Source of the DNA: Candidatus Bathyarchaeota archaeon
GTDB lineage: Archaea > Thermoproteota > Bathyarchaeia > Bathyarchaeales > Bathycorpusculaceae
Reading direction: 5' to 3'
Length of the DNA stretch: 64,000 nucleotides
Assembly (NCBI GenBank): GCA_963707955.1
Contig: OY970176.1
Coordinates: forward strand, 2,016,001 to 2,080,000
Positions 50,001 through 59,486 of the stretch are shown piece by piece. The position numbers and the translations under genes were made by a program. The notes under the pieces were generated by a model. It was given only the letters and a program-made list of their open reading frames with translations. It was not told where the DNA came from and made no database searches. Every line of letters starts with the position of its first letter. Position 1 is the first letter of the stretch.

Positions 50001-50484
50001 GTGGAAGAAGCTGCATTGGCGAAAGAACTTTCTGAACTTCGCTGTACGCGTTCTTAATCGCTTAATACCTGAGATTGCGTCGACTTATCCGCAGACTGAA
50101 ATGCTTGACTCAGTGTTCTGCCAGCTAACCAGCGCTTATGAGACTGAAGTTAGTGCCGGGAGATTTGATGATATTGCATATCAAACGCTTGCTGGGTTGA
50201 AAGATAGAAACTTCCAACGGCTCCTGCAACTTTCTCGGAAGCTCCTTATCTACTTCAGCGAAGAGGACCGCTATTACAGGCAGTGGCTCGGTGCAACTAT
50301 GCTACTTGTCAAAAAAGAAGTTGATTTCTGGCTGAAAAACTTGCGCTTTGAAGAGTTCCAGGAACTTGTCTGGGATCAGTGGCAGTTTGACATGAAAGGA
50401 GCTGTTCCAGAAGAGTACTTTAACGCTCATAAGGAAGATTTCCTGAATATTGTTCTCGCGAACTTCCTTATGAATCTTGTTTGA
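49993..50484 (+). CDS. Hypothetical protein in the tail module
   Basis: 163-aa coupled ORF. Confidence 0.7.
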   Translation: MDKWKKLHWRKNFLNFAVRVLNRLIPEIASTYPQTEMLDSVFCQLTSAYETEVSAGRFDDIAYQTLAGLKDRNFQRLLQLSRKLLIYFSEEDRYYRQWLGATMLLVKKEVDFWLKNLRFEEFQELVWDQWQFDMKGAVPEEYFNAHKEDFLNIVLANFLMNLV

Positions 50485-50507
50485 ACCTGAATAGAGGTGA
50501 AAAAGGC

Positions 50508-50909
50508 ATGAGCACACCATTGATAGGTCGTAACGCCGCGATACAATATGTGTCAGGCGGCACAGCGGCAACGATAGGTTTCGCGCAAGGAGTCACAGAA
50601 GACTTCAACGTTGAGCTGATCAAAGAGTTTCAGCTTAACAGCGACAAAGCAGCGATTCTCGCAGCAGGCAACAAGACTTTCAAAATAGCAGTTGACAAGA
50701 TGTATATTGACAATACTTTCGGTGCCGTTATGTATGGAAATCAGGTTGTAGACTTTGTTATGGGTCCGGCAGGGTCTAGTACAGGAAGTCAGAAGATAAC
50801 CATAAAGAACGTCGTCATCACAGCACGAAATGTGAAATACGATCAGAAAGGCATTGTCGGAGAGAAGGTAAGCGGCGAAGGAAACGACCGAATAGTAGGC
50901 GTATTCTAA
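50508..50909 (+). CDS. Putative tail tube protein
   Basis: Small beta-rich protein directly before the chaperone and tape measure; GAGGTGA RBS. Confidence 0.7.
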   Translation: MSTPLIGRNAAIQYVSGGTAATIGFAQGVTEDFNVELIKEFQLNSDKAAILAAGNKTFKIAVDKMYIDNTFGAVMYGNQVVDFVMGPAGSSTGSQKITIKNVVITARNVKYDQKGIVGEKVSGEGNDRIVGVF

Positions 50910-50914
50910 GCACC

Positions 50915-50938
50915 TTTTTTTTCTTTTTTTCTTTTTTT
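50915..50938 (+). terminator. Oligo-T archaeal terminator-like tract
   Basis: TTTTTTTTCTTTTTTTCTTTTTTT directly after the tail tube stop. Confidence 0.6.
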
Positions 50939-50978
50939 CGGCGCGTTGCGCCAATTCACAATTTCGGAGGTATAAGAA

Positions 50979-51520
50979 TTGAGCAAAAATGGAGAAATAG
51001 ACTGGACGAAAGTGACAGAGATGGAAGAGCGCCTTAAGGAGATTGATGAAGAAAAGCTTGCAAGAGTCAGAATCTTCGACCCGAAAGAGATCGTACGCAG
51101 AGCCAAAGATATCAGAGAAATCATTGACGAGGACTTAGGCACTATTCGCTATGTCTTGCTGAACTACGATGAGCTAAATGAAATCGTAGAGAAGCACAAA
51201 GATAACAAGGACAGAAGTATTCAGCTTCTCTTTTATCAGCTCGTACCGGCTAATGAAGGTCTAACAGTTGACGACATACGCAAGATGCCCTATGAAGTCG
51301 TTGTACGGCTCTTGACGAAGCTGCAGACTGAAGGAAGTTTTTTTCCACATCCTCAGAGACCGTCGCAGAATGGATCGGAATCGACGGAAGAGCGCAGACC
51401 ATCGGATTCATCGCGCATGAGTACAGTTACACACTTCAAATGATCGGCGAGCTTACGCCTTTTCAAATCCAATTCCTCAAGGAGTGGGCTCGATGGTGGT
51501 GGGCGCAAAGGCAAGAGTAA
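50979..51520 (+). CDS. Tail assembly chaperone: gpG-like ORF to 51443, gpGT-like product to 51520 via -1 frameshift
   Basis: T TTT TTT at 51338-51344; -1 frame reads ...IGFIAHEYSYTLQMIGELTPFQIQFLKEW...*. Confidence 0.8.
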
Positions 51521-51543
51521 AGCAGTGACGTTGAAAGACTCTT

Positions 51544-51690
51544 CTACTCTTTAGGGACAATAGTCTTTTCGTGCGCGGAAAGAATCTCAGCGAGTTTCCA
51601 TAGTCCATAGAGGTCAAGGATTGGGATGATTAGTATGAGAAACCATTTGAGCGTTGACTCTTTCTTTCGATGCTTGACTGTTTCGATCAT
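51544..51690 (-). CDS. Small antisense membrane protein (48 aa; moron-like; not in the ORF track)
   Basis: MIETVKHRKKESTLKWFLILIIPILDLYGLWKLAEILSAHEKTIVPKE with a GGGGTGA RBS. Confidence 0.6.
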   Translation of the reverse strand: MIETVKHRKKESTLKWFLILIIPILDLYGLWKLAEILSAHEKTIVPKE

Positions 51691-51789
51691 TTCTCCCACA
51701 TCTTTCACCCCCTTTCCTATTGAGATTAAAAACGTACTGTCAATATCTGACGCAGCTTACTTATAAGGTCAATTTAAAGAGGGAACGAA

Positions 51790-53687
51790 ATGAGCCAAGA
51801 CGTTGAGATTCACCTGATAGCCTACGATGAGGCTTCAGATGTTATACAGAGCGTCGGCTCTAACCTTTCAGTCACTTTCACGAATATTGAAGGGCAAACA
51901 GAGAACTTGGTCTCCACGACTGATGACGCAACTTCCCAGATTGCTGCTGACTATAGCCAGGTTAGCAGTGCTGGGCAGAATCTTCAGAATAGTCAATCAG
52001 CAGTGCAAACTAGTACAACCCAGAGCGCTTTGGCTTTCAACAACTTGGCAACTTCAGGCATGAGCCTCTATATGGCTGTTAACAATATAGAAAATGCCCA
52101 GGTCTCGCTTGACAGAGCGCACCTAATGGTTGAGAAGTCAACGAATGCTGTAACCTCAGCCCAGAACGCGTATAATACGGCAGTTACGAAGTACGGGCCC
52201 AACAGCAAAGAAACCCAGGACGCGCTTGCTAAGCTAAGTACTGCGCAAGACGCTTTAGTCGTTGCTCAAGAACGCGCTGATGAAGCTCAGAGAAACTACA
52301 ACAACACAATAGCCTTCAGCGCCATGACCATTATCCCTAGCTTAATCACTGCTTTTACAAGTATAACAAAAATCGGCCCGGCAGTAACAGCGGCCACTGA
52401 CGCAATGAGTGGAGCATTAGACTTTCTCGCGGCCAACCCTATCGTGCTCGTTATAGTTGTGATCGCTGCCCTTATTATGGGCCTTATCTGGGCTTATGAA
52501 AACTGTGCGCCTTTCAGAAATGCTATAAACGAGATTGGCTCAGCCCTCAGCGGCGCTTTCATGACTGCAGTGAATGCTGTTCGTGACGCTCTAACGTGGC
52601 TCTGGCAGAATGTCTTGGCACCTATTGGAAACTTCATCGAAGCAGTATTCATTGCTGACGTCAGAAACCTGACAGAATTTTGGAATGCTTTAGGCGCAAC
52701 ATGGAATTATGTCTGCTCAGGAATCAGCAGCTTCTGGGATAGTTACGTTAAGCCTGTAGTTGACTTCATTGTTGGCGTCTTCGTCTCTAGCTTAAAGAAT
52801 CTTATGTCTGTTTTGGACGATGTTAAAGGCGTTTGGGATGCGCTCTGCAGCGGGATAAGCTCAATATGGAACGCTACTGTAGGGCCTATCATCGCAGCCA
52901 TTACGTCATTTGCAGACACGATCCATGGAATCTTTGAGACGCTCTTTGGCTGGATTGTTGGCGGTCTCGATCTGGCGAGACTTGTGCGGTGGCTTAGTCT
53001 CAATCTGGAATGATGTTATTGGACCGCTAATCGGCATAATTCAGGGTTTCGTAAGTGACATCGAAGGATTCTTCAGCGGCTTAGCTTCAACGCTTGGCGG
53101 AATCTGGAACGGCATAGTCGGCGGAGTGCAGTCAGCAGTCAAAGATACGGGCTCAGCAGTGAGCACAGTTAGTAGTACTATAAGTTCTATTGGATCGGCC
53201 GTAACTAATGCTGCACGTACAGTTGCCTCAGGAATGGGGTCAGTTGCGAGCAGCGTCGGCGGCGCGCTGAATACAAGCTGGCTCAGCGATAAGCAACTTC
53301 ATAGGCTCAATCTGCTTTGCGCACGCACTTGAGAACGCAGCGAATGCAAGCAAAGCCACGATGAGTAGTTGGGTCAGCATGATTCAGGATACCATGAATA
53401 AAGGGCTTGAGAGTATCAAGAACTTTGGTACGCAGGCTGGACTCGCTAGTGGTCTTGGAGCTGGAGGAACTGCTTCTCCTATAAGTGGAATAGCTGCTGC
53501 AGGCGCCAGCAAAGCACCCGTTATCAACATTACTGCACCGCTTGTGCAGGTTCAGGGCAACCCGCACAAGGAAGATGCGAAGTATATCGCTGACCTTGTA
53601 CAGCAGTGCCTCAAAGACGTGATAATTGAGCCGACAAGTGGGGGAGCGCAAACGCGAAAGAGAGTTCGCCTTGGGTATGGTCAGTGA
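51790..53687 (+). pseudogene. Tape measure protein split by two apparent +1 frameshifts (about 52966 and about 53275)
   Basis: V.I...A.DEAS start; ANPIVLVI; W-periodic repeats; continues through ORFs 52910-53332 and 53361-53687. Confidence 0.8.
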
Positions 53688-53705
53688 TAAAAAGAGGCGA
53701 GAAAG

Positions 53706-54740
53706 ATGCTGTTGTGTGAACAAGAAAGAAACTTAGCTGCAGAGAAAAGTCTCATCAATGACCCTACTTCATATCAGACAAGCTCAACAAGTCTTGTGAC
53801 GATACACGATTACGGTAATATCACTGTCCCAGCGGGCGGAAGCTTAGTTATCTTCAGCGCTGACTCTTTATGTAGTCTTACAGCCGGGATTAGCGGAGTT
53901 ATCGCGATCCAGGTTGGCAGCCTCATGTATGCCGCAGGCTATTGCTTTGACGCTAACAGCGGGCCTGCTAACACAATTGGAACTAAGCATCTCAGCTCCT
54001 TAATCTGGCTCCCAGCAGGAACATATGACGTTTCAGTCGTGGGCCTCACTGCTGTAGCCTTAAGCGTAGGAAACATGAAAGTTGGACTCGTCAATTTCAA
54101 TGATGTTCAGCCGTCAGCACTAGCATACTACACGAGCGCGACAAACTCGATACAGCTAACAGTTCCAAATCGTACCCTCCCAGTTGGAAGCTTGAACCAA
54201 GCAGTGTTCGCAATCAATATCTGTACAAGTGGGACTTTAGGATCAACTTTCAACCTTACTGTTGACGGCGTAGCTCATACTGATATGGATGAAATTAGTG
54301 GCGTTTCAGGAACTGAGCCGATTAACGGGTATTACATTTACAAGCTTTACATTCCGCTTTCTGTCGGCGTTCAGCATACTGTTGCCTTCACGTTGTCAAG
54401 CGGAGCTGTCGCTTACGTCTCCGTTGTCGCGTGCCCGTGGATACTGGCTGCTGCAGGAAGAGGCCACCAACCCTTCTTGTTGAGTTTCTCACAGTTAAGC
54501 ACTTTCTACATAAATATTGGGAGCCTCTTCGCTGACGGAACAAAAAACTGTTACATAGGCATATCTAAAAGCATTTCATACGGGGCAAGCGATTATTATG
54601 CTTCAGGAACAGTCCTCGGCGGGGTTCTTTCTTTCAGTTACACTTTCACTTCCTTAAACGTGATAATCGCATCCTTAACAATGGACTCATCAATTCTTCT
54701 CGGCGCATGCGTGGAAAATATCGGAGTGGACATTCAGTGA
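53706..54740 (+). CDS. Minor tail protein
   Basis: Follows the tape measure; beta-rich, S/T/G-rich. Confidence 0.7.
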   Translation: MLLCEQERNLAAEKSLINDPTSYQTSSTSLVTIHDYGNITVPAGGSLVIFSADSLCSLTAGISGVIAIQVGSLMYAAGYCFDANSGPANTIGTKHLSSLIWLPAGTYDVSVVGLTAVALSVGNMKVGLVNFNDVQPSALAYYTSATNSIQLTVPNRTLPVGSLNQAVFAINICTSGTLGSTFNLTVDGVAHTDMDEISGVSGTEPINGYYIYKLYIPLSVGVQHTVAFTLSSGAVAYVSVVACPWILAAAGRGHQPFLLSFSQLSTFYINIGSLFADGTKNCYIGISKSISYGASDYYASGTVLGGVLSFSYTFTSLNVIIASLTMDSSILLGACVENIGVDIQ

Positions 54741-56269
54741 GCGTCTATAAAAACACTCCTCCGCCACTTGTAGACTCATCAGTCTTGAACATAGTTAAGA
54801 GATACATGGCTCCTGAAAAAGTAGCAGGATACATAATATTGATAGACCCAGATTCAGGAACATATCAAGGAATTAACGGTCACACAGGAGCAACAGACTT
54901 CGGCGGACCGTCAAACGCTGGAGGAATATGGGGAAATGACGTTGGCCAGCTCTTGCAGGCCTGCCTGAAGGCAGCTCCTGGAAAGAAAGTCTTCATCAAA
55001 AATGGCGTTTACTATGCTATTACGTGCATCTCAGGCGTTAATCAGGCTGATTTGATAATTGAAGGAGAAGAGATGGGCGCCTTCGACAACTTCAAAGAAG
55101 GCACAACATTAATCTTCAACGGCTCTGCAGGGAAAGTGTTTATTGATGGCTTAGGCTGCCGAAACGTAACGCTTAGAAACATCAAAATCAAGAATCAAAG
55201 CTCAGTTAGCAACCTCATAGGCGTAAGAGTGGGCGATAACACAAACTCTGCAAATAAGACAAAATGTAGCAGCTGGCTTGACGTTGTCATTGACAGCTTC
55301 CCAAACGGGCTCCAAGGCGCTACATATGGACCCGATGACTCAACATTCATAAACTGCTACTTCGGAAACTCATCCATAGTTGCCGTCAATAATCTAAGTA
55401 GCCAGTGCAAGTTTCTCGGCGGCACATTTTACAGCAGTGCAATAGGCTATCAATTTGGTAGAGCTGCTGGTGCAAGTGCGGCTGATTCTGGTGCAGAGTT
55501 CTATGGTACAGTCTTCAGTGGCTGCGCAGTACCATTTGAGATCATAGGCGGCCAGAACATGAATGTTCTCTACTGTGCTGGAGTATGGGTAGAGAATGCA
55601 AACACAATGATACTGAGAGTAACAAATGCCTCAACAGGAATCTACATCGGCTCAATAATCTTTGATGGATGCACGATGACGACTAACAGCACCACATTCT
55701 TCGACCTGAGTGGCAGAAACCTAACTCTTGAAGTTCGCGGCGGCACGCTATATCCGACGAACCTTACAGGAGCCAACATCATAACAAATGGCCAATATGG
55801 TACTGTTCAAAAAGTCAGAATAAGCCACGTCATAGGAAATAACCTAGTCACGTTTGTCGATTCAAACTCTGGCCTCAGAGGCTTTGACAGGGCAATAGTC
55901 CCGCTAGTAGACGACAGCTTTGGATACGGGTACATCCCAGCAGTAGGAACAACTTATTCTCCTTACACCCAAGCCCACCCATTGCCTAATGAACAGTTTG
56001 AAGTTGTTAAAGCAACCATAATCTATAGGTGGAATCCCGGCTCTGCATCTGGCAAAGTCAGATTGGAATGGTCTGTTGGTGGGGTTGCTACGGGATTTGG
56101 AGAATGTGCTCCAGCAGATGGTTCTGGCAGTAACAGGTATGACAAGATAGATGTTAGTAACTTTGTAAGGAACTATACTGGTGATTTGGGAGATGTGAAT
56201 CTGCAAGTTGCAGATGATGGGACACACCCTGTTATCCTCTTCTTGGCATGGTTAGTCTATGAATATTGA
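54737..56269 (+). CDS. Tailspike-like right-handed beta-helix protein
   Basis: LQA......GKKVFIKNG.Y...L.IEGE pectin-lyase-like start; N/G-rich coils. Confidence 0.75.
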   Translation: MSVYKNTPPPLVDSSVLNIVKRYMAPEKVAGYIILIDPDSGTYQGINGHTGATDFGGPSNAGGIWGNDVGQLLQACLKAAPGKKVFIKNGVYYAITCISGVNQADLIIEGEEMGAFDNFKEGTTLIFNGSAGKVFIDGLGCRNVTLRNIKIKNQSSVSNLIGVRVGDNTNSANKTKCSSWLDVVIDSFPNGLQGATYGPDDSTFINCYFGNSSIVAVNNLSSQCKFLGGTFYSSAIGYQFGRAAGASAADSGAEFYGTVFSGCAVPFEIIGGQNMNVLYCAGVWVENANTMILRVTNASTGIYIGSIIFDGCTMTTNSTTFFDLSGRNLTLEVRGGTLYPTNLTGANIITNGQYGTVQKVRISHVIGNNLVTFVDSNSGLRGFDRAIVPLVDDSFGYGYIPAVGTTYSPYTQAHPLPNEQFEVVKATIIYRWNPGSASGKVRLEWSVGGVATGFGECAPADGSGSNRYDKIDVSNFVRNYTGDLGDVNLQVADDGTHPVILFLAWLVYEY

Positions 56270-56284
56270 GGAAAGTGACTGTAT

Positions 56285-56731
56285 ATGGGTAGACTAATAG
56301 ACATTGACTTATTTCCATTGATTGATAACACATTCAGCTTAGGTGAAGTTGGCAAGACATGGGCAGGCATCTATGTCCAGAAGCTATACGTCTATAGTCA
56401 ACTTATCGTGTCAGGTACTGTTGGGAGCAACCTTACTCCAACTTCTGATAACAGTTATGATCTAGGTCTTGACAGTCTCAGATGGTCAATGGTACGAGGA
56501 GTCTTAGGCAATTTTGATAGCCTAGGGATTGGCGGAACTGCAGTTATCACTAGTGGTAGAGTTCTTGAAAACGTCAGCATAGATGCGGGTCTAATTACAA
56601 GCGGCGTATTCAGTACAAGTAGAATACCTGTCTTGGACAGTTCAAAGATGACGGGAGCATCAGGTTCATTCACGACTGTTGATGGGAAGACTGTTACAGT
56701 AACAAATGGAATAATCACGAGTATAGCTTAG
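56285..56731 (+). CDS. Tail fibre-like small protein
   Basis: P..DN..LG....W repeats; ITSG.F...RIP; GSFTT.DGKTVTV.NG.IT. Confidence 0.7.
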   Translation: MGRLIDIDLFPLIDNTFSLGEVGKTWAGIYVQKLYVYSQLIVSGTVGSNLTPTSDNSYDLGLDSLRWSMVRGVLGNFDSLGIGGTAVITSGRVLENVSIDAGLITSGVFSTSRIPVLDSSKMTGASGSFTTVDGKTVTVTNGIITSIA

Positions 56732-56740
56732 GGTGAGAAT

Positions 56741-57124
56741 ATGAGCTATCAAGTTTCAGCAGGAACAGCAGCTCTCATAGTCATCGATTGGCAGGAGATT
56801 GCGACAAGCGCGTTCACAGAGACTGACAGTTGGAAAGTCAGCGCAGGCATCGGCTATTACGTGCATCCGACACGAGTTTACGGCAAGTATCACCAGTACG
56901 CGCTTACATGTATCGAGCAGGGCGTTACGTGGGCAAACAGTGCAGTTCCATACTTGTTCGGGATCCAAAGCGCTGGGACAGCAATTCTTCTCCAGTGCAA
57001 CCATCCTTTTAGGCCGCTCAACGTTAGCGTTGTCGTTGCAAAATGCACGATGAACCCGCCGTTCGAGGCAGGACAAAACATTCGCAAATTCATCGTAGAC
57101 TTCAGAGAATACATCACGCCATAA
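56741..57124 (+). CDS. Minor tail protein (distal-tail-like size)
   Basis: 127-aa co-oriented ORF with RBS. Confidence 0.55.
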   Translation: MSYQVSAGTAALIVIDWQEIATSAFTETDSWKVSAGIGYYVHPTRVYGKYHQYALTCIEQGVTWANSAVPYLFGIQSAGTAILLQCNHPFRPLNVSVVVAKCTMNPPFEAGQNIRKFIVDFREYITP

Positions 57125-57138
57125 GAGAGGTATAAAAG

Positions 57139-57360
57139 ATGAGCACATGGGGCGGCGAAGCAACTCAGCAAGCGATTCTCAGCGCCATAACTAGCGCTCC
57201 GCCTGGGTTTCCTGTAGCACGCGTTAACAAGATCGCGTTCAGCTACAACGCAGACGGAAGCATCAACACGATTCAGTTCTTTGACGTGAACAATAATCTT
57301 CTGTTCACGCTAACTTTCGCTTACAGCGCTGGCAGCGTTCTTAGCATAACGAGAAGCTGA
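57139..57360 (+). CDS. Small virion protein
   Basis: FSYNADG...LTFAY..G....ITRS. Confidence 0.65.
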   Translation: MSTWGGEATQQAILSAITSAPPGFPVARVNKIAFSYNADGSINTIQFFDVNNNLLFTLTFAYSAGSVLSITRS

Positions 57361-57364
57361 TAAC

Positions 57365-58810
57365 ATGGTTGGGACATGGACTTATGATCCCGTTAATAAC
57401 ATCATAACCGTAACTGGCGGCACTTCTGGCGCTCCAGTTGGGTTTATTGACGCTTGGAACGCAGATAAAGCTGGGACCCGCACTCTCTTAGCGACAATAG
57501 CATGTGGCTCTGGAATGTCTCTAACGACGCCGGTAAAGCCTACAGATAAACTTGCATTGAAACTAACTTTCGTCGTCTCGGGTTTCTCAGTTGCTGGAGT
57601 CATCTCGGTTAACGGGTTGGACGCGTGGGGAAACGCAATCTCTGAGAATATCACGGTAAACGCGAACGGCAGCTATACGACAACACTGTACTATTCCTCT
57701 ATCAACGCTGCTGGAATCAGTTGCACGGGCACGTACAGCATAAGCGTAACTCAGCCGCAGTGGGGCGTCGTCTGGAAGCGAAGCACAAACTCATTCCTGT
57801 TTGACTGTGGAATCGTATTCGGTGATGGAACAACAGCAACAGTCTTCACAGACTATGCTAAGCAGATAACTTTCTCGGCAACAGCCATAAGCGCAAACGG
57901 CAAGAACTGGATTGCTGATACAGCTAATGCAACGATTACGTTTGGACAGTGCGCTGATACAAGCAAGAAAACAACATATAACGGGATCACGTTTAGCATC
58001 TTAGACGCAGCACATTATGGCTATTTAGGAACTAGCTCAGTTGCAGTCGCATACTTTTACAGTTGCGAGTTCTGGTCAGCAGGAGGATCACTATTCATCC
58101 GTGGAACGAGAATATGGAACTGCCTTCTCGACAGCAACAGCGACCTGAATCAAGTAAACAGCGGCGGAGACATCGACACAATCGTAGCGACAAACGCATA
58201 CCGTGGAGTGCGCTGTTATGCTGGAGTTTCGATCGCGCGAGTTTTCCTTATCGGCTGCACATATGGCATCTTTGCTGGCGGAAGTGCAGGACCATACACA
58301 ATTTCAAATCCTTACACACGATATTGTTCAAATACGCTTTACTTGAGCTATCTTGTTTCAGACCTCTACCTCGTCAACTGGGACAGCGATACTTACGCTT
58401 GCGCTGGCGACCATTCCACCGGAACTGTTTATCGACAGTACACACTTGATCTGCTCGTAACCGACAAGGCAGGCAACCCAATCTCAGGCGCAACCGTCAC
58501 AGTCACAGATGTAAATGGAACGCTGGTCTTTTCCGTTACAACTCAAGCAGACGGGACAATAGTTACCCAGACGATAACTCGCATCACGTACGGCGGGACC
58601 AATGGCGGCACAGTTACAGACTACGCTCCGCATGCCCTGACCATAATCAAGGCGGGATACCAGACATACGTGAAAACCTTCGTGCTTTCAGCAAAGACGA
58701 GCTGGGAGATTAAGCTCGCAAAGGCCCAAGCCCTACTGTTAGACTCTGGGAATCCCATTGTGAACCTCTCACCAGCAGATCCAGAAAACAAGATGGTGTT
58801 AGCGTTATGA
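57365..58810 (+). CDS. Tail/adhesin protein with beta-helix and carboxypeptidase-regulatory-like domain
   Basis: VTD..GNPISGATVTV...T..DG...I.KAGYQTY. Confidence 0.75.
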   Translation: MVGTWTYDPVNNIITVTGGTSGAPVGFIDAWNADKAGTRTLLATIACGSGMSLTTPVKPTDKLALKLTFVVSGFSVAGVISVNGLDAWGNAISENITVNANGSYTTTLYYSSINAAGISCTGTYSISVTQPQWGVVWKRSTNSFLFDCGIVFGDGTTATVFTDYAKQITFSATAISANGKNWIADTANATITFGQCADTSKKTTYNGITFSILDAAHYGYLGTSSVAVAYFYSCEFWSAGGSLFIRGTRIWNCLLDSNSDLNQVNSGGDIDTIVATNAYRGVRCYAGVSIARVFLIGCTYGIFAGGSAGPYTISNPYTRYCSNTLYLSYLVSDLYLVNWDSDTYACAGDHSTGTVYRQYTLDLLVTDKAGNPISGATVTVTDVNGTLVFSVTTQADGTIVTQTITRITYGGTNGGTVTDYAPHALTIIKAGYQTYVKTFVLSAKTSWEIKLAKAQALLLDSGNPIVNLSPADPENKMVLAL

Positions 58811-59196
58811 AAAAGAGAATAGTTGATGAAATCAAAAGTCTGAACCTAGGCGACTTGGTCCTTGTCGAATGGTGCGATGCGAGCACGGGCAAGAGTCTCG
58901 GTTCAGGCAGTAACATTGACGTCCCCGTTGAAAGCTGGGGCATATACTTGGCTGTCTTGGGGGCAAAAGCGAAGCACATCATTCTCGCCCAGAACAATTT
59001 TCGATACGCGGACGGCTTGTACGACCTCGACTATACGGCCATACCGCTCCACTGGAGCGTAAGCGTAACGGTTCTCGAGAAGAATCATGTGCGGCTAAAA
59101 GAAGCGCAGGAGATGCTTAACAGCTTCCTCACGGGTGGACGTAGAACTCTAGGCCAGAAGAAGCAGCAGCGAAGGGTGCTGAATCATCATGCCTGA
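58807..59196 (+). CDS. Phage-type hypothetical protein
   Basis: LVLVEW.DAS...SWG...IP motif. Confidence 0.7.
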   Translation: MKKRIVDEIKSLNLGDLVLVEWCDASTGKSLGSGSNIDVPVESWGIYLAVLGAKAKHIILAQNNFRYADGLYDLDYTAIPLHWSVSVTVLEKNHVRLKEAQEMLNSFLTGGRRTLGQKKQQRRVLNHHA

Positions 59197-59440
59197 CTGG
59201 GTGAAAAGGGCTCTCACAAGTAAGCGTTGTAAAAGAGGGCCCAGACGCTTTGACATTGTCGAGGAGCCAAATGAGAAGCTTGTTTACACCGTCAAATTTG
59301 CACTTGGCATGACAGGCTTCTTGTCAGGCGTTGAGGTTACAAACATCATTGTTCTGCACGTTTGGAACAGTGAGGTCTTCGCTGCAATCACCGGCTTAAT
59401 CGGCACGGTCACAGGCGTTCTAATCGGGCAAAGAGCTTAG
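59189..59440 (+). CDS. Small 2-TM membrane protein (holin-like position)
   Basis: Two hydrophobic helices at the end of the structural operon. Confidence 0.6.
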   Translation: MPDWVKRALTSKRCKRGPRRFDIVEEPNEKLVYTVKFALGMTGFLSGVEVTNIIVLHVWNSEVFAAITGLIGTVTGVLIGQRA

Positions 59441-59486
59441 CGCCCAATCGCTTTTTCAGCATTTAACTTTGGAGTCAGTGGATACC

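Noticed and set aside
53706-58810. Diversity-generating retroelement acting on tail fibres
   Set aside because: No reverse transcriptase and no TR/VR pair differing at adenines was seen.
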